64,000 nucleotides of DNA from an uncultured Alphaproteobacteria bacterium (lineage in GTDB: Bacteria; Pseudomonadota; Alphaproteobacteria; MPNO01; DASWLB01): contig CAWGHZ010000006.1 of the NCBI GenBank assembly GCA_963822575.1, positions 16,837-80,836 of the forward strand, in the 5' to 3' direction. A model generated the notes under the pieces. That model saw only the letters and a program-made list of their open reading frames with translations, had not been told where the DNA came from and made no database searches. A program made the translations under genes and the position numbers. Below, one piece after another: positions 27,946-36,122 of the stretch (within the stretch, counting starts at the first letter, position 1; each line of letters starts with the position of its first letter).

Positions 27946-28910
27946 CCTATCGCGAGGCGGTGGCCGACGGCATCGCGCAGGAGATGGCGCGCGACGAGCG
28001 CGTGGTGTTCCTGGGCGAGGACGTCGCCGGCGCGGGCGGCGTGTTCAAGGCGACCGTCGGCCTTCTCGAGAAGTTCGGGCCGAAGCGCGTGAAGGACACG
28101 CCGATCTCGGAGCAGGCGATCCTCGGCGCGGCGATGGGCGCGGCGATGACCGGACTGCGCCCCATCGCCGAGATCATGTTCTCCGATTTCCTCGCCGTCT
28201 GCTGGGACCTGGTCGCGAACGAGATGGCGAAATCGCGCTACATGTCGAACGGCCAGCTCGAATGCCCGGTGGTGATCCGCACCGCCAATGGCGCGGGCTC
28301 GCGCTTCGGCGCGCAGCATTCGCAGTCGGTCGAGAACTGGGCGATGGCGGTCCCGGGCCTCAAGGTTGTCGCGCCCTCGACACCGGCCGACGCCAAGGGG
28401 CTGATCGCCGCGGCGGTGCGCGACCCCGACCCGGTGATCGTGTTCGAGCACAAGTCGCTCTATGCCGTGAAGGGCGAGGTGCCGGACGGCGAGCATGTCG
28501 ACAGGCTGGGCACGGCAAAGATCGTGCGGCCGGGCGCGGACTGCACCATCCTCGCCCTCGGCCTCATGGTGCCGCGCGCGCTGGAAGCCGCCGCGAGTCT
28601 GGAAGCGAACGACGGCATCAAGGCGTGCGTGATCGATTTGCGCTCACTGGTGCCGCTCGACACGCAGACCATCCTGCGCGAAATCTCCCGCACCGGCCGG
28701 CTGTTCACCGTGGAGGAGAACCCGCGCCTCTGCGGCTGGGGCGCCGAGATCGCGTCGATCGCCGCCGAGGAATGCTTCTACGACCTCGACGCGCCGATCG
28801 TGCGCATCACTACCCCGCACGTGCCGCTGCCCGCCGCCGACGCGCTGGAGGACGCGACGATCCCGTCGGCTGCCCGCATCGCCGACACCGTGCGGCGGAA
28901 CATGGGCTGA
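27933..28910 (+). CDS. 2-oxoacid/acetoin dehydrogenase E1 component, beta subunit
   Basis: A GTG start at 27933 (VAELTYREAVADGIAQEM) overlaps the alpha-subunit stop by 13 nt. It has a transketolase-like pyrimidine-binding domain and C-terminal domain (DTPISEQAILGAAMGAAMTGLRP). Confidence 0.9.
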   Translation: MAELTYREAVADGIAQEMARDERVVFLGEDVAGAGGVFKATVGLLEKFGPKRVKDTPISEQAILGAAMGAAMTGLRPIAEIMFSDFLAVCWDLVANEMAKSRYMSNGQLECPVVIRTANGAGSRFGAQHSQSVENWAMAVPGLKVVAPSTPADAKGLIAAAVRDPDPVIVFEHKSLYAVKGEVPDGEHVDRLGTAKIVRPGADCTILALGLMVPRALEAAASLEANDGIKACVIDLRSLVPLDTQTILREISRTGRLFTVEENPRLCGWGAEIASIAAEECFYDLDAPIVRITTPHVPLPAADALEDATIPSAARIADTVRRNMG

Positions 28911-28912
28911 CC

Positions 28913-30193
28913 GTGGACATCGTCATGCCGCAGCTCGGCGAGACGGTGAGCGAAGGCACCGTCACCGCCTGGCACAAGAAGGTGGGCGAGCGCGTGCGCC
29001 GCGACGAGACCTTGTTCGACGTCTCGACCGACAAGGTCGACACTGAGGTGCCCGCGCCCGCCGACGGGGTGGTCGCCGAGATTCGCGTGCAGGAAGGCAC
29101 GACCGTCGCGGTCGGCACGGTGCTGGCGGTGATCACAGGCGACAGCGGGACGGCGGAGGCAACCCCCGACCCTATCCCTCCCCCTCAAGGGGGGAGGGAA
29201 CCCGCGGCAATGGGCTTGTCTGGCCGTTCCGCCGACGCGGCGCCGACCGGCGGCATGGACGGCATCGCATCGCCCCCTCCCCCCTTGAGGGGGAGGGTTG
29301 GGGAGGGGGGGCAGCGTAACAGGGACTCCCGAAGCCGGCCGCTGTCGCCGGCGGTGCGCAAGCTGGCGAGGGAGCACGGCATCGATCCCGGCGCGCTCGC
29401 CGGCTCGGGCGCAGACGGCAGGGTCACGCGGCGCGACATGGAGGCGGCGCTGAACGCCGGTCCCGCCACGAAGGCGGCGGGCGGCGACGAGCGCGTGCCT
29501 TTCTCGCGCATCCGCAAGCTCACCGCCCGGCACATGGTGCAGTCGAAGGCCGTCAGCCCGCATGTGCTGCAGGCGGTAGAGGCCGACTTTCACCGGGTCG
29601 AGCGGGCGCGCACCGCGTACGGCGAGCGCTGGAAGGCGCGCGAGGGGTTCGCGCTCTCCTATCTGCCGTTCATCGCCTATGCGGTGTGCCGCGCCATCGC
29701 CGATTTCCCGCGGATCAACGCCTCGGTCGAGCACGAGACGCTGCTGGTCCACAAATCGGTGCATCTCGGCATCGCGGTCGATCTGACGCTCGAAGGACTC
29801 ACCGTTCCCGTCGTGCGCGACGCGCAGGCGCGCGACCTGGCCGGGCTCGCCCGCGAGATCCGCAGCGTCGCCGAGGGCGCGCGCGCCGCCACGCTCGGTC
29901 CCGACGCATACGCCGGCGGTACCTACACGCTGTCGAACTCCGGCTCGTTCGGCACGCTGATCACTGCGCCGATCATCAACCAGCCGCAGGTCGCGATCCT
30001 GTCGACCGACGGGGTGAAGAAGCGCCCGGTGGTGATCGAGGGGCCGGACGGCGACTCCATCGCCATCCGCCCGATGGGCATCCTGGCGCAGTCGTTCGAC
30101 CACCGCGCCATCGACGGCGCGTATTCGGCGGCTTTCCTCCGCCGCGTGGCCGAGATCGTCGCGACGCGCGACTGGGTGACCGATCTCGGTTGA
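28913..30193 (+). CDS. Dihydrolipoamide acyltransferase (E2) with one lipoyl domain
   Basis: Lipoyl domain (LFDVSTDKVDTEVPAP), subunit-binding domain (SPAVRKLAREHGIDPGALAGSGADGRVTRRD) and catalytic domain with DHRAIDG. Start is GTG 28913, or ATG 28925. Confidence 0.9.
   Translation: MDIVMPQLGETVSEGTVTAWHKKVGERVRRDETLFDVSTDKVDTEVPAPADGVVAEIRVQEGTTVAVGTVLAVITGDSGTAEATPDPIPPPQGGREPAAMGLSGRSADAAPTGGMDGIASPPPPLRGRVGEGGQRNRDSRSRPLSPAVRKLAREHGIDPGALAGSGADGRVTRRDMEAALNAGPATKAAGGDERVPFSRIRKLTARHMVQSKAVSPHVLQAVEADFHRVERARTAYGERWKAREGFALSYLPFIAYAVCRAIADFPRINASVEHETLLVHKSVHLGIAVDLTLEGLTVPVVRDAQARDLAGLAREIRSVAEGARAATLGPDAYAGGTYTLSNSGSFGTLITAPIINQPQVAILSTDGVKKRPVVIEGPDGDSIAIRPMGILAQSFDHRAIDGAYSAAFLRRVAEIVATRDWVTDLG
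29175..29311. mobile_element. MITE/REP-like palindromic element lying in frame inside the E2 linker
   Basis: The termini tccctccccctcaaggggggaggga and ccctccccccttgagggggaggg are each hairpins and are reverse complements of each other, ~65 nt apart. The element translates as PPPQGGREP...SPPPPLRGRVGEGG between the lipoyl and subunit-binding domains. Confidence 0.6.
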
Positions 30194-31381
30194 ATGACCG
30201 ACCTCCCCACCATCCGCCTCGCGCCGGGGCACCAGAAGCGGGCGCGCGCCGGCCACCCGTGGGTCTATTCCAACGAGATCGCGATGGATGCGGCGGCCAA
30301 GTCGCTGGCACCGGGAACGGCGGTGCGGCTTGTAGACGCGAACGGCGCTTATGTCGCGACCTGCGCGTTCAACCCGCATTCGCTGATCGCGGGCCGCGTG
30401 CTCTCGCGTGACGCGGGCGAAGCGATCGACGCGGCGTTCCTGCGCGCGCGGCTCGACCGCGCGCTCGTCCTTCGCGAACGCCTCTTTGGCGAGCCGTTCT
30501 ACCGCCTCGTCCATGCCGAGGCGGACGGGCTGCCCGGCCTCGTCATCGACCGGTTCGGCCGCACGCTGGTGGTCGAGATCAACGCCGCCGGGATGGAGCG
30601 CCTGACCGAGCCGCTGCTTGCCGCGCTCGACGCGGTGGCGGACCCGCGCACCGTGGTCCTGCGCGCCGACAACCCGGTGCGCCGGCTCGAAGGGTTGGCG
30701 CTCGAGGTGCGCGTCGCCAAGGGCACGGTGGAGGGGCCGGTCGCCCTTGCCGAGAACGGTGCGCGCTTCTTCGCCGACGTCGCCCAGGGTCAGAAGACCG
30801 GCTGGTTCTACGATCAGCGCGAATCGCGCGCCCGCGTCGCCGCGCTGGCCGCCGGCGCGCGCGTGCTCGACCTCTACGCCTTCACCGGCGGGTTCGGGGT
30901 TCTCGCGGCGGCGCGCGGCGCGGCGGAGGTCACGCTGGTCGACCGGTCGCAGCCGGCCCTGGAGCTTGCCACGCGCGCCGCCGAGGCGAACGGCGTCGCC
31001 GAGCGCTGCCACTTCGTGCGGGCGGAGGCGTTCGACATGCTGGAACGGCTCGCCGAGACGAACGAGACGTTCGACGTGGTCGTCGCCGATCCGCCCGCCT
31101 TCGTGCCGACGAAGAAGGATCTGGGCGCGGGGCTTCGCGGCTACCGTAAGCTGATGCGGCTCGCCGCCGCGCGCGTCGCGCCGGGCGGGCTCTTGTTCGT
31201 GGCGTCGTGCTCGCACCATGTGGGGCGCGACGCCTTCGCGGGCGAGCTAGCCCGCGCGCTCGCCGACGCAAACCGCGAGGGCCGCATCCTCGCCGCCGCA
31301 GGCGCCGGGCCGGACCATCCCGTCCACCCGCATCTTCCCGAGTCGGCCTATCTCAAATCGCTACTGGTCGCCCTCGACTGA
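30194..31381 (+). CDS. rlmI: Class I SAM-dependent rRNA (cytosine-C5) methyltransferase, RlmI-like (PUA plus MTase)
   Basis: GHPWVYSNEI, DGLPGLVIDRFG, GQKTGWFYDQRESR, DPPAF and ASCSHH motifs are collinear with E. coli RlmI. The ATG abuts the E2 stop codon. Confidence 0.8.
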   Translation: MTDLPTIRLAPGHQKRARAGHPWVYSNEIAMDAAAKSLAPGTAVRLVDANGAYVATCAFNPHSLIAGRVLSRDAGEAIDAAFLRARLDRALVLRERLFGEPFYRLVHAEADGLPGLVIDRFGRTLVVEINAAGMERLTEPLLAALDAVADPRTVVLRADNPVRRLEGLALEVRVAKGTVEGPVALAENGARFFADVAQGQKTGWFYDQRESRARVAALAAGARVLDLYAFTGGFGVLAAARGAAEVTLVDRSQPALELATRAAEANGVAERCHFVRAEAFDMLERLAETNETFDVVVADPPAFVPTKKDLGAGLRGYRKLMRLAAARVAPGGLLFVASCSHHVGRDAFAGELARALADANREGRILAAAGAGPDHPVHPHLPESAYLKSLLVALD

Positions 31382-31436
31382 CGGGGGGCGTCCGGCGCAT
31401 CATGCGGCGACCGACAGAACAAGAGGGAGCGCAACC

Positions 31437-32054
31437 ATGCTCAAGATGATCGGACGGGCCAGCTCGGCCAACGTGCAGAAGGTGCTGTGGCTCTGCGACG
31501 AGATCGGCCTTGCGTACGAGCGCGAGGACGCCGGTCTGCATTACGGGCGCACCCGCGATCCCGACTACATCGCGATGAACCCGAACTCGACCGTCCCCAC
31601 CATCATCGACGACGGGTTCGTGCTGTGGGAGTCGAACTCGATCGTCCGCTACCTTTGCAACAAGCACAAATCCGACCTCTACCCGACCGAGATCAAGGAG
31701 CGCGCACTGGCCGAGCGCTGGATGGACTGGCAGCTCGCGGTGTATGGCCCGGCGATGGCGCCGGTGTTCCAGGGGCTGATCCGCACGAAGCCCGAGGACC
31801 GCAACATGGCGGCGATCAAGGCCGGGCGCGACCGCTGGTCGAAGGCCGTCGCGATCCTCGACCGCTATCTGGGCGAGAACGAATATCTCGCCGGGCCGCG
31901 CTTCACCATCGGCGATATCCCGTGCGGAATCATGACCTATCGCTGGTTCGCGCTCGACATCGAGCGCGAGGACTATCCCAACGTGCGGCGCTGGTACGAC
32001 GCGCTCGCCCAGCGCCCGGCGTACAAGAAACACATCATGATCACCATGACCTGA
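31437..32054 (+). CDS. Glutathione S-transferase family protein
   Basis: A 205-aa protein with a thioredoxin-like N-domain (SSANVQKVLWLCDEIGL...VPTIIDDGFVLWESNSIVRYL) and a helical C-domain. Confidence 0.85.
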   Translation: MLKMIGRASSANVQKVLWLCDEIGLAYEREDAGLHYGRTRDPDYIAMNPNSTVPTIIDDGFVLWESNSIVRYLCNKHKSDLYPTEIKERALAERWMDWQLAVYGPAMAPVFQGLIRTKPEDRNMAAIKAGRDRWSKAVAILDRYLGENEYLAGPRFTIGDIPCGIMTYRWFALDIEREDYPNVRRWYDALAQRPAYKKHIMITMT

Positions 32055-32061
32055 GGGCGCT

Positions 32062-32574
32062 TCAGTCGCGCTTGGGCCCGTTTTCGTGAAAGCGGATCGC
32101 GCGGTCGAGCGACGCCAGAACGCTGCGCCGTTCGGCCGCGCCGAGTTCGGCGAGGATGCGCGCCTCGGCCCGCTCGGCCGCCGCCGCCAGCTGCACCAGC
32201 AGGCGTCGGCCATTCGGCGTCAGGAACAGCGCCTTGGCGCGCCGGTCGGTGCGCCCGGTGGTGCGCCGGATCAGCCGCTTCGCCTCCAGCCGGCGGACCA
32301 CGCCGCTCACCGTGGTGCGGTCGCAGCGCAACGCATTGCCGAGGCGAAGCTGGTCGATCCCAGGGATCGCCGCGACGACCCTGAGCGCGCCATACTGCAC
32401 CGGCGTGACGCCGAATCCGGCGGTTTCCTCCGTGAAGAAAGAATCGGCGATCTGGTGCACGCGGCGGATCAGATAGCCGGGAGCGCCGGCAACCAGTTCC
32501 GCCGCGTCCGGCGCCTCGTCGCCGCGCACCGTCGCCACGTGCGGTGCCGCAACGCGCCGCGTTCTTGTTTTCAT
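32062..32574 (-). CDS. MarR-family transcriptional regulator
   Basis: The conserved part of ORF 32062..33078 starts at MKTRTRR (ATG 32574). Winged-helix core LRLGNALRCDRTTVSGVVRRLEAKRLIRRTTGRTDRRAKALFLTPNG. Confidence 0.85.
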   Translation of the reverse strand: MKTRTRRVAAPHVATVRGDEAPDAAELVAGAPGYLIRRVHQIADSFFTEETAGFGVTPVQYGALRVVAAIPGIDQLRLGNALRCDRTTVSGVVRRLEAKRLIRRTTGRTDRRAKALFLTPNGRRLLVQLAAAAERAEARILAELGAAERRSVLASLDRAIRFHENGPKRD

Positions 32575-32754
32575 GTCGCTCCGATGCGTCCGAAGCCGCG
32601 TCGCCGAACCCGGCAGGAATGTGCGTCGGCCGACATAGCAGAACGGCGCGCGCCGCGCAAACCGCGCGGCGCACGTCTGGCGGGCCGCGCCGGGGGCCGC
32701 TAATCTCAGCCATCGGCCGCGGGCGCGGCCGGCACGGAGAACGAGGAGACATTC

Positions 32755-33144
32755 ATGGCGAAGCGCATCCGGCTGCAGGGCCCCGGCATTCCCGAGCATC
32801 ACGGCCAGCCGTTCCCGGCGGCGATCAGGATCGGCAACATGGTGTTCTCCGCCGCGGTCGGCGGCGAGGACCCGGCGACCGGCAAGCTGCCCGAGAGCCT
32901 GGACGACCAGGTGCGTCACGCGTTCGACAACGTGCGCCGCATGATGGAGAAGGCCGGCGGCTCGCCCGCCGACATCGCCAAAGTGGAGGTCACGCTGAAG
33001 GACCGCAACGACCGGCCGACGCTCAACAAATACTGGATCGCCATGTTCCCGGACGAGAATGACCGGCCGGTGCGCCACACCGGCGCCGCCGACCTGCCCG
33101 GCGGCAGGCTGGTGCAGCTCGAATTCGTCGCGGTGATCTCATAG
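32755..33144 (+). CDS. RidA/YjgF-family protein
   Basis: A 129-aa protein of typical family size and pattern (IRIGNMVFSAAVGGEDPATGKL...VEVTLKD...RHTG...QLEFVAV). It is divergent from the MarR gene. Confidence 0.8.
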   Translation: MAKRIRLQGPGIPEHHGQPFPAAIRIGNMVFSAAVGGEDPATGKLPESLDDQVRHAFDNVRRMMEKAGGSPADIAKVEVTLKDRNDRPTLNKYWIAMFPDENDRPVRHTGAADLPGGRLVQLEFVAVIS

Positions 33145-33192
33145 GCGCGATCGGGGGCGCCCGGACGGCTGGGCGCCGTGACGGTCCGGGCC

Positions 33193-34274
33193 CTACGCGG
33201 CGCGGCGCTTCTTGTGCTTGCCCTTGAAGGCGGGGGCGACCTCTTCCATGAACCGGGCCATCTCGTCCTTCACCTGGTTGTGCGGCTTCAGCCCGACGTT
33301 GAAGTAGAGGATGATCTCCGTCACGCCTGCCCGCTCGGCCTTAGCGATGGTCTCCATCATGTGGTCGGGCGGGCCCAGCAGCACCGAATTGTCGGTAGAT
33401 TCTCGGGCTTCATCTTGTTCAGGTTGTCGACCATGCCAACGAAGTAGCGGTAGGTCGGCGGCGCGGTCTTGGGATCGCCCGGGAGCGCCGGCACCACGCA
33501 TTCCTGGAAGTAGCGGAGCTGGCGCTTGCGCGCGGCGCGCTCGGCGGCCGGATTGTCGGCGAAGTGGGTGAAGTAGCTGCACATCAGCTTGCCCGGCTTG
33601 TGGCCCGCCTTCACGCACGCCTCGGAATAGATCTCGTTCACCTCCTTGAGCCCGCCGAACGCCATGGCCGTGGCGAAGGGCGCAACCAGGATGTTGAGCC
33701 CGAGCCGGGCCGCGAGCTCCACCGACGGGCGCGAGAAGCAGGCGACGTAGATCGGGATCGGCTTTTGGATCGGCTGCGGCGTGATCTGGATGTCGTCGAA
33801 GTCGAAATACTTGCCGTGATGGCTCAGCGGCCCCTGGCCGGCCCACAGCCCCTTCAGCACCTCCAGCCCTTCGGCGAACACGGTCGCGTTGTCCGCAAAC
33901 AGGTCGCCATGGCCGAGCGGGCCGTACTCGCGCCGGTCATAGCCGCGCCCGGCGGCGAAGTCGACGCGCCCGCCCGACAGCATGTCGAGCGACGCCCACT
34001 GCTCGGCGACGCGTATCGGGTGGTGCAGCGGCAGAACCGTGACGGCGGGCGCGAGGCGGATGTGCTTGGTCTGCGCCGCGACGTTCGCCAGCACGATGTC
34101 GGGGCAGGACAAGACGCCCAGGGTGGAGAAGTGATGCTCGCCGATCCAGGCCGAGTTCATGCCCAGTCGGTCGGCGTAGATCGCCTCGTCGACGATGTCG
34201 GCGATGAACCGGTTCGGTTCGCGCCTGTTGTTCAAATAGAAATTGTCGCTGAGCGTGAAGTAGCCGAATTCCAT
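33193..34274 (-). pseudogene. LLM-class (luciferase-like) flavin-dependent oxidoreductase, interrupted by a 1-nt frameshift near 33397
   Basis: The N-terminal 290 aa lie in ORF 33357..34274 (MEFGYFTLSDNFY...GEHHFS...). The family-typical C-terminus (TDNSVLLGPPDHMMETIAKAERAGVTEIILYFNVG...) continues in the frame of ORF 33193..33846. The switch falls at ...NKMKPENL / TDNSV... Confidence 0.8.
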
Positions 34275-34308
34275 TGGAGTCCCGTTCAGTCTGTCCGGAG
34301 CCGTTCCC

Positions 34309-35157
34309 CTACGCCGCCACGGCGCAGCGGCGCTTGATGAAGTCGTCGAACGCCGCGGCCATCTCGCCCTCCTTCTCGTCCCACGCCTCGTGCGGGCCGA
34401 GATCGACGTCGAGCTGCTCGCGGAACAGCGTGTAGAGCTCGCTCCCCGGGATCATCTTCTGGGCCGCCTCGCCGGTCGCGATGCCGTGGGTGCGGTCGTT
34501 GCCGGGCATGACCAGCGTCGGCACCTTGATCGAGCCGAGGTCCTCGCGCGTTGCGCCGATCACCGGCAGGTCGGCGCCGGCGAGGAAATAGGTCTTCCAA
34601 TGCTCCATCTGCTCGATGAAGCGGCCGACGTCCATCTTCATCAGCCGGTCGCGGTTGGCGGGGTTCCAGGCGATGCGCTCGGCCCAATGCTCGGTCGCGC
34701 ACACCGCCGCCATTCCGCCCTGTTTCGCCGCCGCGATGTACTGGCCGTAATAGTTCTCGGCGAGCCGGTTCGCCGCGAATGCGCCGCCGGTGACGCGCCA
34801 GAGGAGGAGGGCGCGCGTTGCCTCGGGATGGCACAGATAGGACAGGATCGAGGTGCGGCAGCCGGAGGACGAGCCGCCGACGACGGCCGGCAGCGCGTTC
34901 TGCTGCTTCAGGAGCTCGTGCAGGTCGTCGGCCCAGATCTCGTATTCCGAGTCCTTGCCGTCGATCACGACATCGGAATGGCCGGTGTTGCGCCGGTCGT
35001 GGATCAGCACGCGGTAGCCCTTGGCGGCGAGCTTCGCGCCCAGCCCTTCGACCCCGTCGAGCCCGCGTCGCCCGCCCGGGTTGAGCGCGACCCACGACCC
35101 CCTCGTGCCGAGCACCTTGTAGTTGATGTTGACGCCGCGCACCTTGGCGATGGGCAT
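34309..35157 (-). CDS. Alpha/beta-fold hydrolase
   Basis: MPIAKVRGVNINYKVLG..., HDRRNTGHSD, and a nucleophile-elbow-like GGSSSG. AGGGAG lies upstream of the ATG at 35157. Confidence 0.8.
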   Translation of the reverse strand: MPIAKVRGVNINYKVLGTRGSWVALNPGGRRGLDGVEGLGAKLAAKGYRVLIHDRRNTGHSDVVIDGKDSEYEIWADDLHELLKQQNALPAVVGGSSSGCRTSILSYLCHPEATRALLLWRVTGGAFAANRLAENYYGQYIAAAKQGGMAAVCATEHWAERIAWNPANRDRLMKMDVGRFIEQMEHWKTYFLAGADLPVIGATREDLGSIKVPTLVMPGNDRTHGIATGEAAQKMIPGSELYTLFREQLDVDLGPHEAWDEKEGEMAAAFDDFIKRRCAVAA

Positions 35158-35226
35158 GGTCCGGCTCCCTGTCATTGCGCCCGCGGGGCGCATGGGCCGG
35201 CATTTTAGCGGAACCGGCGGGCCGCG

Positions 35227-35460
35227 CTACCCCGCCCGGCGGATCACGAAGGTGAGGAGCCCGTCGGCCTCGTCAGCCGATTCCAGCGCGTGGCCGGTTT
35301 CGGCGCAGAAGGCGCGCACGTCCTTCGCCGCGGCGGGGTCGGTCGCGCGCAGCTCGATGCGGCCGCCGGGCGCGACCTGCGTCAGCGCCTTCCGGGCGCG
35401 CAGCACCGGCAGCGGGCAGATCAGCCCGCGCGCGTCCACGATCCGGATGTCGTCGGTCAT
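35227..35460 (-). CDS. TusA-family sulfurtransferase
   Basis: A 77-aa protein, DARGLICPLPVLRARKAL, with the CPxP active-site motif. Confidence 0.85.
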   Translation of the reverse strand: MTDDIRIVDARGLICPLPVLRARKALTQVAPGGRIELRATDPAAAKDVRAFCAETGHALESADEADGLLTFVIRRAG

Positions 35461-35474
35461 GCGCGCACACCCTA

Positions 35475-36122
35475 TCATGCCTCCGCCAGCGCGGCGATCT
35501 CGGCGCGGAGCGATTCGATCCCCGCGGCGGTGTGGGCGCTGGTTGCGTGGAGGACGGGATGGGCGGCGACATGGCGCGCGAGCGCGGCGGTCGTGTCGCC
35601 GACCATACGTTCGAGCGCGTCGGGGCGGCACTTGTCGATCTTGGTCAGGACGCCCTGGTAGGAGACGGCCGCCTCGTCGAGCATCGCCATCAGGTCGCGG
35701 TCGGAATCCTTGATCCCGTGGCGCGCGTCGATCAGCAGCATCAGCCGGCGCAGCTCGGGCCGGCCGCGGAGATAGGCGCCGATCAGCCGTGTCCACGCGG
35801 CGACCTCCGCCTTCGGCGCCCTGGCGTAGCCGTAGCCCGGCAGATCGACCAGCACCAGCCGCTCGCCCAGCCGGAAGAAGTTGATCTGGCGCGTGCGGCC
35901 CGGCGTGTTCGAGGTGCGCGCCAGCGTGTTGCGCCCGGTGAGCGCGTTGATCAGGCTCGACTTGCCGACGTTCGACCGGCCGGCGAAGGCGATTTCGGGC
36001 AATCCGCCCGCCGGCAGGTTGCCGAGGGTGGTGGCGCCCGCGACGAAGACGCACTCCCGGGCGAAGAGGAGCCGGCCACGCTCTCGCGCGTCGTCGTCGG
36101 GCGCGGGCCCGACTTGTGTCAC
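35475..36122 (-). CDS. engB: Ribosome-biogenesis GTP-binding protein YihA/EngB
   Basis: G1 motif GRSNVGKSSLINAL, G3 DLPGYG and G4 TKIDK. Its GTG start overlaps the yidC stop (GTGA). Confidence 0.9.
   Translation of the reverse strand: MTQVGPAPDDDARERGRLLFARECVFVAGATTLGNLPAGGLPEIAFAGRSNVGKSSLINALTGRNTLARTSNTPGRTRQINFFRLGERLVLVDLPGYGYARAPKAEVAAWTRLIGAYLRGRPELRRLMLLIDARHGIKDSDRDLMAMLDEAAVSYQGVLTKIDKCRPDALERMVGDTTAALARHVAAHPVLHATSAHTAAGIESLRAEIAALAEA

Noticed and set aside
26914-30193. A complete pyruvate or 2-oxoglutarate dehydrogenase complex
   Set aside because: E1 here is the heterodimeric alpha/beta type, there is a single lipoyl domain, and no E3 gene follows. This fits an acetoin or branched-chain-type accessory complex better than the housekeeping PDH/OGDH, so I did not assign pdh or suc gene symbols.
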